From: Eledone cirrhosa
Taxonomy: Eukaryota
DNA: 64,000 bases
Reading direction: 5' to 3'
Assembly (NCBI GenBank): GCA_964016885.1
Contig: OZ024745.1
Span: forward strand, 121,024,001-121,088,000
Below are positions 13,806-26,668 of the stretch, piece after piece. How positions within the stretch are numbered: the stretch's first letter is position 1; each line of letters begins with the position of its first letter. A program made the translations under genes and the position numbers. The notes below the pieces were generated by a model that worked only from the letters and a program-made list of their open reading frames with translations, had not been told where the DNA came from and did not search any database.

Positions 13806-13953
13806 TATCAGACATCTTTCCTGAAAAATAAGAACTCAGAACATGAAGGGCAATCTGCTAATCCATCAACTGTTTATTTTGTGATTAGCTCTTTTGAAAC
13901 CAAGTCATCTAGAACTGTTTCTGGTTTTAGAATACAAAGCTGTTTGCTTTCAA

Positions 13954-13987
<34 letters not shown>

Positions 13988-13999
13988 AATTTCATTTAA

Positions 14000-14217
14000 C
14001 CGTTTAGCATTTAACCGTTTAGCATTTAAACCGGCCAGAATTTTCTCACCTCTTCCTGTTAAAACCGGCTGAATCCAGCCACTCGTACTTTTGTTAAGAT
14101 CTTGTTCTCAAAATAAATATCAAAATCTCATAGATTCGATATTATGTAAGATAATTATATAAGGTAAAGCTTTTACCACAAAAATACAATAGTTTATATA
14201 ATGTAAATTCTAAAGGG
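14000..14217 (+). mobile_element. piggyBac-type MITE copy 3 (left TIR duplicated)
   Basis: TTAACCGTTTAGCAT twice; TAAAGGG|TTAA right end. Confidence 0.85.
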
Positions 14218-14454
14218 TTAAGAACCTTTAAGTTCTGCTCCAAACACCAGCTTCAAAATGATAAAAATTAGTTATATTAATAAATCCTTCCAAAGTCTTC
14301 ATTTTAAAGATTATTTGAAAATCATAGATAGTTTTTTTTTCATTAGTAGTATAAGGAACAAGTTTATATACTGGGTTCTGTTAAGTTCTTTTTAGGTGAG
14401 GGATTTTCATTGGCTTGTGTTGAACCAAAAATTTTTGTTTTAAATAATAAACAA

Positions 14455-14535
14455 CCTTCGGCCTCCAGGACGCATGGTAGATTTTTGAGACTTATTTTAG
14501 AAAAAAGTAGTGTCTTCGACGCCGGTAAATACAGT
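14455..14535 (-). mobile_element. Tc2/pogo-like DNA transposon end
   Basis: Minus TA|CTGTATTTACCGGCGTCGAAGACAC...TGCGTCCTGGAGGCCG resembles Tc2-type termini; related piece at about 8063-8100. Confidence 0.45.
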
Positions 14536-14609
14536 AATTTTTTCATAGGAGATATTACCTAAAATAGCTTTCATATGGTCTAAAGAGAATTCAACAATGC
14601 ATTAGATTT

Positions 14610-14795
14610 TATTGTTGTTTAGCCAGAAGTCAGCTGTGATCCCGCAGACCTATGATCAAAAGCATTACAAGTACACCCATCCTGTCTTTTTTCAAACTTA
14701 ACACATCTAACAATGTAGTCCTAGATAGGCTATGACTTTTTGAAGATGATAATACAAGACTTGAGAGTGATTTGGCTGCTATTTCTAGCATGCGA
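14610..14795. repeat. Dispersed repeat family (also about 14960-15335 split by MITE copy 4, 19755-19830 inverted, 48820-48860)
   Basis: GCAGACCTATGATCAAA..CCATCCTGTCTT..GATTTGGCTGCTATTTCTAG shared. Confidence 0.55.
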
Positions 14796-15047
14796 AGGTT
14801 TCCACATTTAATCTTGTTCTTAGTCTAGTGTGCTTTTATTAATGTAATGTGCTTCATGTATGAGCAAGAGACAAGTGTCTTTCAATGACGTTATTTAAAG
14901 AACAAAGGTTTTTGAGAATGAAAGGAAATCAATAAAATCTGTGTTGTATAATAATGCCAAATGATTAAAAAGTATTCCATCTATGACCATCCCATCGTCT
15001 TTTTCAAATACTGTGTATCTCACACCACATTATCTCTTCTTCCTTAA

Positions 15048-15258
15048 CCCTTTACCATTTACATTATTCTATATATACTATTGTATTTTCACGGTAAAGG
15101 CTTTATCTCACATATCTCACATAATATTGAATCTATGAGATTTGATATTATGTGAGAACAATACCTTAACATCAGTATGAGTGGCCAGTTAGAGCCAGTT
15201 TGAACAGAAAGAGGTGAAAGAATTCTGGCTGGATATGGCCGGTTTAAATGCTAACAGG
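15048..15258 (-). mobile_element. piggyBac-type MITE copy 4
   Basis: Reverse complement of copy 2; TTAA at left end. Confidence 0.85.
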
Positions 15259-15656
15259 TTGAAAAGGTAGGGTTTGATTTGGCTGCTGTTTCTAGTAAGT
15301 GGAGCAATCAGTTCGCGACTCCCTCGTTAACTCAACTGTTTCATATTATTTGTAATGCCAGAGTCAAAATAAATAACCCCTATCGGATGTTTTTAATGTA
15401 CTCATTAGTATATTGGAGTGGTGACAGGGTAAATCAAGAACAAGATAATAAATAACCTGAAAATAACATTTATAAAATGTCAATGAGGATTAACTTAGGT
15501 GATATATATCTACTTTCAAAAGAGGTAAAATTTTAAAAGTCATGTTCGTCATGTTCAACATGACGAACATGACCATCAACCATGTAAAGTTTAGAGTTAC
15601 AAATTGAAAAGATACATTAGTGTACTATGATGCAGTTATCAAGCAGAGATTTTTAT

Positions 15657-15778
15657 CAAAAGCTGAAGCTCACGGTGGAGATGACGAAGGACCATGACAA
15701 GTGGACAGATGCTGTGCTGAATAGGACCCGTCCCACCCTTGCAAGCACGGAAAAGCGGATGTAAAATGATGATGATGA
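15657..15778 (+). mobile_element. RTE family B short 3' end
   Basis: GCTGAAGCTCACGGTGGAGATGACG..CTTGCAAGCACGGAAAAGCGGATGTAAAA(TGA)n. Confidence 0.85.
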
Positions 15779-15788
15779 AGGAATTTAA

Positions 15789-15996
15789 CCCAGCATTTAA
15801 ACCAGCCGTATCTGGCCAGAATTCTCTCACCTCTTTCTGTTCAAACCAGCTATAATGGCCACTCATACTGATGTTAAGGTATTGTTCTCAAAATAAATAA
15901 TATCAAAATCTCAGATTCGATATTATGTAAGGTAATTATATAAGGTAAACTGTGAAAATAAAATAGTATATATAGATTAATGTAAATGTTAAAGGG
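15789..15996 (+). mobile_element. piggyBac-type MITE copy 5
   Basis: TTAA on both flanks, same internal sequence. Confidence 0.85.
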
Positions 15997-16238
15997 TTAA
16001 TAAAACCAAAAATAAAGGTTAGCATTAGGAAAGACATCAGACAGGAAAATATTGCTGTATAGGTCTCATCCAACCCCTATCATATTGGAAAAGAGGACAT
16101 AAAAATGATGACAATGATGAATATATTAACTTATAAGATAATGAGAAATATATGTTCAGATGGCATTCCTCATTATATTTTTGCCCTTGTATTTGTATAA
16201 CTTAGAAGGAAGGGCAATGAACAGAACTTTGAAATTAA

Positions 16239-16456
16239 CCCTTTAGCATTTAAACCAGCTGTATCTGACCAGAATTCTCTCACCTCTTTTGGTTCAAATT
16301 GGCTGTAGCCGGTAGCTCATACTGGTTAAGGTATTGTTCTCAAAATAAATAATATCAAAATCTCATAGATTCGATATTATGTAAGGTAATTATATAAGGT
16401 AAAGCCTTTACTGTAAAAATATAATAGTAAATATAGAGTAATGTAAATTGCAGAGA
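16239..16456 (+). mobile_element. piggyBac-type MITE copy 6
   Basis: Intact left TIR, decayed right TIR. Confidence 0.8.
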
Positions 16457-17229
16457 TAACAACAATAGTATTTTATATATTACTTTTCACATACCAACAG
16501 AAAACTGACCTCCTTCAATTTTTGTTTAACTACTATTGAATTATTAGACAGACAGAACTTTGTTTGTGGAGTCAGATTTAAAATAAGATGATCATTTTCA
16601 GTATAGAATATAATAGTTCTTAATTTACAATATCAATTCAGGTCCAGAATACAGACACCAAAGGACATTCCAATCAATGTTGGGTAACAAATTTCAGAGC
16701 TGCCATTATCAACATCAGCCCAATGAAAAGCAAAGGCAAATGAAATTGTGGCGATGTTAGAATGAAGACAGGTAAATCTTTGTTGTGTGCAAGAGATGAG
16801 ATGGAGAGGATCCTCAGTCAGAATTCTTACAAGGAATGAACACTGATACAAACTCTTCTGGGTAGGAAACAATGAAGGGATAGGTGGAGCAGGCATAATG
16901 TTGACAGGGAGGTGAATAGATGAAGTTGTTATTAAGGTAGGTGAAATATGTGAGAGAATCTTCGAACTTAGGTCAGTCATAGGCAATACAACAACAACTA
17001 CTACAACTACAAAAACTGTTATCTCTGCTTACAATGCACAATCTGGAGTGACCAATGAACAAAAGGTTCAATTCTATGGGGATCTCCTCAATCAGTGACG
17101 ATAACTTTATCATCATGGTTGGTAACTTTAATAAACATGTTAAGCAGCACTAGGATGGCTACTATGCAATGATTTAGACCAGTAACTCACAAGGAAGTTG
17201 TAGGGACACCATACTTACAGCATTTCCTA

Positions 17230-17448
17230 CCCTTTAGTATTTAAACAGGCCATATCCGGCCAGAATTCTCTCATCTTTCTGTTCAAACCAGCCATAACCG
17301 GCCACTCATACTGATGTTAAGGTATTGTTCTCAAAATAAATAATATCAAAATCTCATAGATTCGATATTATGTGAGATAATTATGTAAGATAAAGCATTT
17401 ACTGTAAAAATATAATAGTATATATAGAGTAATGTGAATGCTAAAGGG
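17230..17448 (+). mobile_element. piggyBac-type MITE copy 7
   Basis: CCCTTTAGTATTTA ... GAATGCTAAAGGG|TTAA. Confidence 0.85.
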
Positions 17449-17554
17449 TTAAACCTGGCAGAGCCCACCTCCTCTCCAGGTCTGAATGCAGTAGATTTCT
17501 TCCAGTGAAAGATAGAAAGTGAGAGAATAGAAGTGAGAAAGAGATATAGAGTAA

Positions 17555-17705
17555 GAATCACCCCCAGTACTAGATTGGTACTTTTTTATTGACTTTGAAT
17601 AAATGAAAGGCAAAGTTGACCTTGGCGGGATTTGAACTGAGAGAGTTGGAAGAAATACCGCAAAGTATTCTATGCAATATTCTAATGACTCTGCCAATTC
17701 ACTGT
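17555..17705 (-). mobile_element. SINE family 1 (older copy)
   Basis: ATGAAAGGCAAAGTTGACCTTGGCGGGATTTGAACT. Confidence 0.75.
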
Positions 17706-17909
17706 TACTATGCAGTACATGGCAGCTATAGGTACGGCTTGAGATATGAAGAGAGATCACAGAGTTCTGTGATACAAATAGCCTAACCACTGGAAACTGA
17801 CAGGAAACTGACTAGCCATTTGATCATCTAGCAATCAGATATAATTGCAATCCAGATAGACTTCATTCTTATCAGAAAATAGGAGAGGCAGATAGTCGTA
17901 AATACGAAG

Positions 17910-19190
17910 TGCAGATCTTCTCCCAAAGATCCCTTGCAAATGATAAACTTCCCAGAAAACTAAAAGAAGACATATGTCCTATCCATAAAAAAGGAATTAG
18001 AGCAGATGCTAAAATCTACAGGCTTGTCTCCCTGACTTCACATATCAACAAAGTCATGGAACAAATCATCAGAAGGAAACTTATCACTTTTCTGGAGGAA
18101 AATGATCTCCTAACTGACATTCAGCATTGCTTTTGCCGAGGTAGAAGTTGTCTTACACAGCTCTTACAGCATTTTGACTGGGTACTCAAATATCTGCTAG
18201 ACCGTTCGAACATAAATATGATATTAAATATGATATATCTCAAATTTGCGAAGGCCTTCAACAGGGTTGATCATATGTCACAAACTACAGGCATGCCCCA
18301 GGGAACTGCCTTGGGGCCACTACTGTTTGTGGTGGCTCTCTCAGACATGCTCTCTGTAATACAAACAGCCTCCCTCACAAGCTATGCTGATGACATGAAA
18401 GTAGCACAGGCAATCAAAAAACCAGCTGATGCGACTCTCTTACATGATTTAGATACCATATACGGAATGGCTGAAAACAACAATATGCAATTTAATGCAA
18501 CTAAGTTTCAAGCCCTCCCCCTCTCAACCCACAAACGTAGGACCACCACAACAATGGTACACTGGACCAGGAGGAAGAAATCCCAAAATCTAAATCAATA
18601 TGGGACCTGGGTATTGACATGAACAATGATGCATCGTTTTGTGTACACATCACCAAAATGATGGCAATGTGCAGACAACTGGCGAGTTGGATTCTGAGGA
18701 CATTTGGGACAAGAGACTCAGAAACCATGTTGGTCCTCTGGAGAACTTTCGTCCTCAATCAACTGGACTATTGCTCTCAGCTGTAGTCACCCCAGAGTGT
18801 CAAACTAACTGCAGAACTTGAAGTAATCCAACGAAGCTACACCAAGAGGATTACCGTAATGAAAGAGATAAGCTACTGGGAGAGGCTGAAGAAATTAAAA
18901 CTTTACACCCTGGAGTGGAGACGGGAGAGATACGCAGAAATATACATAAGGAAGATCCTGAAAGGGTTAGCACCAAACTTCGGCATTGAAGGCAGGACAA
19001 ACCCATGAACAGGACATCACTGTGTAGTGCCAAAGGTCCCGTCCATCACATCGAGAATAAGGACCACATACTACAATAGCCTGCATAGCTTTTTGATAAG
19101 CTGCCAAAATATCTAAGAAATCTACATTCAAGAAACATTTCAACATTCTACTGACCAAGATCCTGGATAAACCCACAGCATAAGGCATGT
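17910..19190 (+). mobile_element. CR1-like LINE, decayed RT and C-terminus
   Basis: PIHKKG, YRLVSLTS, QHCFCRGRSCLTQLL, FAKAFNRVDH, GMPQGTALGPLLF, YADDMK, MQFNATKF; internal deletion and frameshifts. Confidence 0.9.
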
Positions 19191-20804
19191 ATTACAGCTT
19201 TAATAGCAAGGAAGGAAGGGTGGATAGATAGATACCCACATCACTCAAGAACTCTTTCATATAACACTTCAGCAATAAAAAAAAATCTAGTATAATTTTC
19301 TATATTACATAATACCTGGTCAAACAATAAAAATGTGTTTTATTGTTATTCTATTTTACTTCTCTCACCGAATTTTAAAACTGAGGATCAGTTAGCCGAC
19401 ATTTTATAAACTTTTATTATACTTTGATCACTTGCTCATTGTATAACTGGGTACAGTTTTGAAACACTCGAGATATCATCACTGTTTTCAGGTCAATTTT
19501 TCCATGTTGGCAGCATGGAAATATTTGGCATGGGTTGGACGGGTCTTTTTGAGGCAATGTCCTTCCTGACACTAACCCTTTTAATCTCCTCTTGTGACAT
19601 GCAGGGATGTGGTGTAATTTAGTAAGATTTCAATGATGCTTGAGTACTGAAGTGAAAGTGGTGCCTAATACTGAAGAATCGCCTCAAATTCTACCACAGG
19701 GCTGAATAATTATTGTTAACAAGTCTTGGTACACTTTATTATACTAGGAGGTATTTAAATGGTCACTTGACATGTTAGAAACAGCAGCAAAACATACTTC
19801 AATCCATACCATGCCATTTTAATTTGTCTTTAAATTTTACATCTGCTTTCCACACCAACATGGATTGGGCAAGTTGTCAAGATCCATGACCAGTTGGGTC
19901 ACAGTGACCATGGTTTATATAAGTGTATACCCTTCCTAACACCAACCACCTTACAGGGTGTGTTTTTTATGGCACCACCACTAACACTTTACAGAGTATA
20001 CTGGGTGCATTTTATCACGGCACCAGCACTAAAGAGGTTGTCACATATTCATCCAGACAAAAGGGTCCTTTCAAAGCTTATATTGTTTCCATTTAATCAC
20101 CAACACTGTAACCTCAGGTCTCTCTCCATTAATATAATGTATTTTTTTATTAAATAAAAAAGTGATAGATTGAAGTCCCCCACTAAGATTAAAATGAAAA
20201 GTGGGTATGTCATCCTGAAAAGTAGCATAATCTGCTGTTTAAAACCTAATCTGGCAACTCACAGTCTCAAACTATACTGAAATGCAAGGTTTATTTTTCA
20301 GAAATTTTTGAATTGCACAAATTTTTTAGGTAGGTGCCAAAACCCAGAATTTGATATTCTCAGAGACTAAGAAGCACTTGTAATGGTTATTTTTAACATT
20401 TTATTAGTATTTTAAGTCTAATATTTAATACCCTGTATTGATTTAGCAGAAAATATCTAAAAACAGGTTTGTTAATTCAAATGCTTATAGTGTCTTTACT
20501 AGTGGACAAATCAGTGTGAACATTTGCATTAAACTAAAGTAAAGGTTTTAATTTTTAATGTGATGTAGTCATAGTGCTATTTTGTACTTTTCAAAAATAC
20601 CTTGCTAATATGGTTACATGTGGTATAAGGCATTAAGAGTTAAACCACCATTAACCATATAAACACATGTAAACTTACTGCACAAAATTAGATTTAGAAT
20701 TTCAGTGAACTACATGTGAAAATAATCATTGTCCTTTTAAAAAAAAGGAAAGGGTAGACACATTAGACAATGTAGTCCACACAGAGTATGCCTAAATATA
20801 AGGG

Positions 20805-21020
20805 TTTCTGATTTAGAAACAAGGCCAGCAATTTAAAAGGGGTTAGGGAGAGACAATCAAATCGACCCCAGTACATGACTGGTACTTTATTCTATCGACC
20901 CTGTAAGGATGAAAGGCAAAGCTAACCTCAGTGGGATTTGAACCCAGAGCATAAAGGGATGTAACTATGCCGGGAAGCATGCTGTCTGATACTCCACCGA
21001 TTCTGCCAATCCGCTGCCCA
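20805..21020 (-). mobile_element. SINE family 1
   Basis: Full head-core-tail on minus strand. Confidence 0.85.
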
Positions 21021-21599
21021 TAAAACAACCAGATGGAAACAACAGAATTGCTTTTGATTATGGGGCTGCTCCAACAAGAACCAGCCTGAAAGGTTAACAA
21101 TAAACCAAAATAATTATCTTTGGTTGAACATATTAATTGTTTTGATACAGGGGACGTGAGGGCTAAAACAAAGCATTGACTTTCTCTTTCACCCTGGGGT
21201 GGGGAATAATACAACAGTCAAGTTAACAATATTATTTTATTTACATGAATTATCAAAAGATTAATAATTTGTAGGCGAGATGACAAAAAGCACCCAACAC
21301 GCACTGTAAATGTGGTTGGCATTAGGCAGGGCAGCCAGCCGTAGAAACCAAGCCAAAATCAGTTCCATGAGCAAATCACAGTCCCTCGACTTGATCCCTC
21401 ACAAAGAGACAGATCATCCTACCCATTCTAGCGTGGGAGATGGGCGTTAAACGATGATGAAAGTAATCACAGAAAGAAACAGAAAAGGAAATAGAAACAG
21501 AAAAGGAAATAGAAATCAGAAAAAGAGTGAATTTGTAGAAGACACACACACTAAAATGTATGTCACAACAAGGAATGCTGGAATTTTTAATAATTTTTG

Positions 21600-22420
21600 A
21601 GGCACACACAGCATTGGCATGGTGATAGTAAGGCTAAGGCACTGGAATAACCAAACACTTTAGCAGGCATCACTTGATACATTGGTAAGACAAACTGCCA
21701 AGAACTTCACTGTGTGCAGTCCAGTTCCTCCAAACATCTCAAATGCCACAGGCTGAAAAAAAATAGATTGCCAATAATTCTTTGAAAATTTTATTCCATT
21801 CAGCTACGGAAATCAGTGGCTCTCACCTTTACTGCAACATCCAGGATGTAGGAAGGATATGGCTGTCCCAAATGAGACATCTGCTTCTTACTCATGAACA
21901 AAGGGTAAGACCATCTGACCTCTTCCCATCAACTCTGGACAATCCAGCTGGCTCCAGTATTGTGAGGATGTTGACTTGAGCCATTGCCAACTTAATAATT
22001 AGATTTAGCTCAGAATGGAAAGTGAAGCAACCTGCTTTCAGGTGGCAAGACAATCCACAGAGACCTGTGAAGTTAAAGTATCTGCTACAATGACATTTCA
22101 ATCCCCCAGACATTCACTCCAAATCTGAATGCAATGGACAAGCAAGACTCATTCAAACTGAGTAGGCTACAGATGCTGGCCACAGACAAAGTATCAACCC
22201 AGTCACTTGAGGATTCGGCACTCTCAGAAAGTAAGCAGCATCTTAAGAATTAATCAGATTGATCCAAAAGTGTCTTTCGAATATAATTTGCCCCCGACTC
22301 TCTGCTTCAATCTATGCTCTTCTGCATCAAGATCTGACAAACCCAGCTCCCTCCACTTCCCTGTTGGAACTAGTCTATGTTGGAAAGGAGAGGATGTTAC
22401 CTAACTGTAGGAGACAAGTA
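21600..22420 (-). mobile_element. CRE-clade LINE, REL-endonuclease region
   Basis: GLSCHLKAGCFTFHSELNLIIKLAMAQVNILTILEPAGLSRVDGKRSDGLTLCS-..CLIWD and FFQPVAFE. Confidence 0.75.
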
Positions 22421-22741
22421 TGTTGGAAGAAAAAAAAACAGGGAAACGACAGCAATGAGCAATTATGTAAACCTAGGCCTCCAAATTGTTTGGAGTTAAT
22501 TTAATTAACTTCCCCTGTCCTCATAAGTTACTGGCCTTGTTCCTAAATTAGAAACCATTATCATTATTAAAAATGCGATGACTTTTTGTTGATGTGAGTA
22601 ATTAATAACTTAAAATTATATCCAAGTCTTGAAAATAGTTTTTTTAAATAATTGTTTCATTTATGTTAAAATTCATAATGGTTCTATTTTTTACACATTT
22701 AATTTTTTTTATTGATGTATATATTTATTTTGCAGAAACAA

Positions 22742-22975
22742 CCAGTGCTGCACTTACCTATAAGCTAAATAAGCTATAGCTTGGAGCCACATACCCTCAG
22801 AGGCCTCATTTTTTTAAAACATCTTTTTTTTATTTTTCTATGCAACAAATGGAATAAATCAATTAATTAGTTAATTAATTGAAATAATCATGTATGATTA
22901 TTTTAAATTTTTTTTCTCCAAATGCTTTTAAAGGGCCTCAAATTTCATGAAGCTTAGGGCTAGGATACAATTAAC
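22742..22975. mobile_element. Possible decayed non-autonomous DNA element
   Basis: CAGTGCTG..CCTATAAGCTAAATAAGCTATAGCTT start; GGCCTCA and AGCTTAGGGC subterminal motifs. Confidence 0.3.
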
Positions 22976-22979
22976 ATCT

Positions 22980-23450
22980 TTCTTGTCCACTTATTCCTGA
23001 GAAGGTCATAGGGGCAGAGTCCTCAAACACTCCTTCCAGCTGGTCCTGTCAGAAACAACCGTCTCCAACTGGTCCAACTGGTCCAGCTGGATCCTCATGG
23101 ATGTTATCCAACCAGAGTCTACTCTTGGATCTCCTAAAATCTGTCCAGCGATTATCCCCCAAGACACCCCAACCACATACCCACAGCATCGGAGCTGCGA
23201 TCTCCCAGCCCAGAGAAGCAACAGCTCCACCTGAAGTGATTCTCCAATCCCCAAACCACGCACCCCATCGAGCAACGCCACTCCAAAGACCCCTCAGATG
23301 AATCCCACCCCGGCCGCCTGCATTTGCAATCCCTCAGCCACTACCCAAAACCCATGACCATGGGTAAGCGCCGGCAGGAAAGCCGAATCAAAGACAGTGA
23401 GTTTGGCCTCCATGCCCACCTCCCTTCTTCCGATTACTGAATGCTATCAA
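22980..23450 (-). mobile_element. Expander/Rex3-like RTE 3' fragment (related plus copy at 50020-50190)
   Basis: ELLLLWAGRSQLRCCGYV; GGATCAGTTGGAGAC-GTTG..TGACAG shared with the 50020 copy. Confidence 0.65.
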
Positions 23451-23909
23451 TTAACAACATAAATGGACAATAATCTAAACTATAATAAAGTAAGGAGTGC
23501 GGGACTGTGTACGGTTTATAATTTTTATCCCATTAGTAAAATAAGTTGGATTACTTTGAATAAATAATGAATGAATATTACATAATTTATCTACTAAATT
23601 TCGTGGCTGTTGATTAAATATATTTTGGCCATCGCTTAAATAAACATACTAATTTTCTCCTAATGCAGTTTATATATATCGTCTTTTTTAATGTATCATG
23701 GATTACGTTACTGATTAAATAAGACAGTGTAACGCAGTCTTCGTTCAATTTCTGGCCTGTGCCAAAAGTAGAAACAATTATATATTGTCAATTACGATTT
23801 TATTTGATGTTATCATATCTACATGTATATATACCTGCGTATAATATCAATATACACACTACACATGCTAGCAGAAAACCACACGAAGGGTGGTTTTTCT
23901 GCTAGTGAT

Positions 23910-24102
23910 AATAATTGTTTCTATTTTAGGCACAAGGCCAGCAATTACCCAGTACATTACTGGTACTTTATTTTATCGACCCCGTAAGGATGAAAGGCAA
24001 AGTTAACCTCGGCGGGATTTGAACTCAGAATGGCAAGGGCCGTAACTCTATGCGTCAAAGCATGGCGTCCGACCCTCTACCGATACTGCCAATTCACCGC
24101 AC
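23910..24102 (-). mobile_element. SINE family 1, young copy
   Basis: CpG-intact; TSD TGCTAGTGATAATAAT at 23900-23915 and 24104-24119. Confidence 0.9.
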
Positions 24103-24214
24103 TTGCTAGTGATAATAATAATGAGAAAACAAAAAGGAGGCACATGTATTCCCTCAAATAAATATTCTAATGGGGAATGTTGGTGTTTCTTTTTAAAAAG
24201 AAATATTTTAAGGC

Positions 24215-25180
24215 AACAATTACTGCATTACAGTGTACATTAGCGAGGCTGAGGCGCTGGAACAACCAAGCATCCTCACGAGCATCACTTGATACTTAAG
24301 ATTACAAAAACGACACTGTCAGTGGCACATTTACTCCGAATGTCCAAATGCCATCGATTGTAAAATGTAATTCACCAACAAATTATGTTAATCCAGTAAG
24401 TAACCTATCCCGTTTGGTTATTGATTCGGTAACTCCGATCTCTGCCGGATTGTTTAGGATGTATGATGAACAAAAAAAATTACTAAAATTGTAACATCTA
24501 CTTTGGGCCCAAGAGCAAAGGGTAAGCCTGTAGTGAAATCTCTTCAGACACTGACCCCCGAACGACATCTAGCTGCCATTTCCCTTTTATCTGGGTTGGT
24601 TTATGGTTGGCGTCAGTGGTATAGATTGGCTGGTCAGCTTGAGGTGAAAGCACAAGTTAAGTTCTTTTGTATCAGTCAACTCTGGTAACTCGGAAGAGAA
24701 GTATCACTAGCGAGGTGTAGCACTTAACAAAAAAACTTCGGCCCAACAGCAATTCTTTCATCGGCATTTCAACTACAGAGAATCATACAACTCCTTTGTA
24801 CTGCGACCTATATGCTGGTATTTACAGCTTGAAACAACTTGTCACTTTGTAATCGAACGTAGTATGATAAACATATTCTTTTTGTTTTCCTTTATAAAGA
24901 AGTGAAGTAAAGTTCTATACATAACCAAAAATTATTGTATTTGTCGTGTTTATTCATCTTCAACAACAACCAACGAACTTCACTTGAAGCCCATCGGGCA
25001 TCCTACCAGCATCTCTGAACAATCCAACTGGCTCCAATATAGCAAACGAAGGTACCTACATCCATTCAACATAATCCATGACTCACCACCATTCGGAATT
25101 GAGAAACATCATCCCAAAACTTTTCACAGGCAAAATGTCAACACACTCCTAAGAAACTTTAGCACGCTAAGAAAGTAGGA
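24215..25180 (-). mobile_element. Cluster of decayed CRE-clade fragments
   Basis: Homology to 21600-21780; LTLCSWAQSRC; ILEPVGLFRDAGRMPDGL. Confidence 0.55.
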
Positions 25181-26185
25181 GAGACCTTTAATATCTATCA
25201 GATTAATCAAAAAAGATTTAATCATCACAGTCATTCATCTTATTTGTGTATTTTCTATTCAATTTTAACACATATTTAACATTTGTGATTTTAATTTGTG
25301 AAAAATAAAAAAAAAATAGAAAATTATATTTCTAAACCAAATTGATATTATACTAAAAATGTTTTACTATAAATATAACCGTTAACGTATCAATAATCTT
25401 CAATTAACTTGTGTAATTAGCTATTAACGAAACCATTTATCAGTTAATATAGTTATGTATTTGTCTCTTTATACTGTCTGTTTTCATGCACGCAAATACA
25501 AACACTTTCATTTTCTTATAATTCTTTTTCAAACTCTTTTTGTGTTTACTTCAGGACGTCAACAATTATCACTCAGTGTTAGTGTTTATATCGAATGTTT
25601 TAGATTTCCTTCAATTTGGAACCGTCGAATAGACTATACCTGTAAGTCAAAGGGTCGGCCTTATCATAAACTGTGTCACCCTGAATATTCCTGAGAATTA
25701 CGTTAAGGGGGCATATGCTTGTGGGATACTTAGCCATTTATACGATAATTTGATAAACAGTAATTTAGTGTAATCGTTAATGTATTAGCCCAGCCTCCAA
25801 GAGAAGCGTGGTTCGGTTTTGTGCAGATGCCTGTCCGTTTCCAGGGACATTCTTTTCAATTTTATCAACTATTATTTATAGTAACAGATTATTATAGTCA
25901 TTTATGTTGGGACTACATTTCAAATTTCAAACATTATATAATCTGAGATTGGGGTTGGATAACGTTTGTTTCAATTTGAATAGTGGGGTAGCAAGGAAGA
26001 AGCTGATTTTATAGACTAGGAATAAGAGATATGAATGAAAACAATAGAAATAGCTATTTTAACCAGATATTATTTGTTACATAACAGTCAATATACGGCA
26101 TGTATTTACTAAATGATACACGTTTTTCCACTACTCATAAAATTGTTTTTGTTTTGTTTTTCTTCTAAATAAAGCCACAACTTAC

Positions 26186-26250
26186 AGATATAATTTACTA
26201 TAATGGAACACCTTGTGTATAAGTCGCCATCTTATCGTTATTTCGTTTAA
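26186..26250 (-). promoter_or_regulatory. Candidate non-coding first exon / core promoter with YY1 motif
   Basis: AAGATGGCG on minus (plus CGCCATCTT 26225-26233), donor CT|GTAAGT about 40 nt downstream, locally CpG-retaining unique sequence; upstream limit is a guess. Confidence 0.4.
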
Positions 26251-26509
26251 TTAAGAGACACAAAAATAAAAAGAGAATATTCTCATTATAGGAATAATAC
26301 TTAACGAACCATGCGTACTATTTCAATATCAATCGTAAAAAAAAATATATACAGCACTCGTCGGCACATCAGAAGAAGTTTAATCTTGCGTGTTACCCTT
26401 CCACAATCTGATTACACAAATGTATTGAAATAGAAGATAATTAGAGTTAATATTCTTTTGCTTTGATTTGATATTTTTATGTAATTAAATGGTTTATATT
26501 GCTTTTTAG

Positions 26510-26668
26510 TGCATTACGTCCCTATTTCTAATCCCACCGAGGTTAGCTTTGCCTTTCATCCTTACGGTGTCGATAAAATAAAGTACCAGTAATTCACTGA
26601 TTCGATTTAATCGACTTTCCTTTCCCCCAAAATTGCTGGCCTTGTACCTAAATCAGAAACCATTATTA
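26510..26668 (+). mobile_element. SINE family 1, 5' truncated
   Basis: Core and tail match. Confidence 0.8.

Larger units (their letters stand above)
16640..17905 (+). mobile_element. Decayed RTE APE-endonuclease region, split by MITE copy 7 and a SINE
   Basis: CVQEMRWRG, YKLFWVGN, ISAYN, MVGNFNKHV, NQIDFILIRK-like motifs at 16640-17170 and 17712-17905. Confidence 0.7.

Noticed and set aside
14364-14546. 60 aa ORF as a host exon
   Set aside because: Overlaps a Tc2/pogo-like terminal sequence and lacks good splice sites
20679-20733. Minus-strand exon with AG/GTAAGT boundaries (also weaker candidates near 16495-16610 and 15400-15455)
   Set aside because: Stops in all frames or weak splice sites; could be UTR but is unsupported
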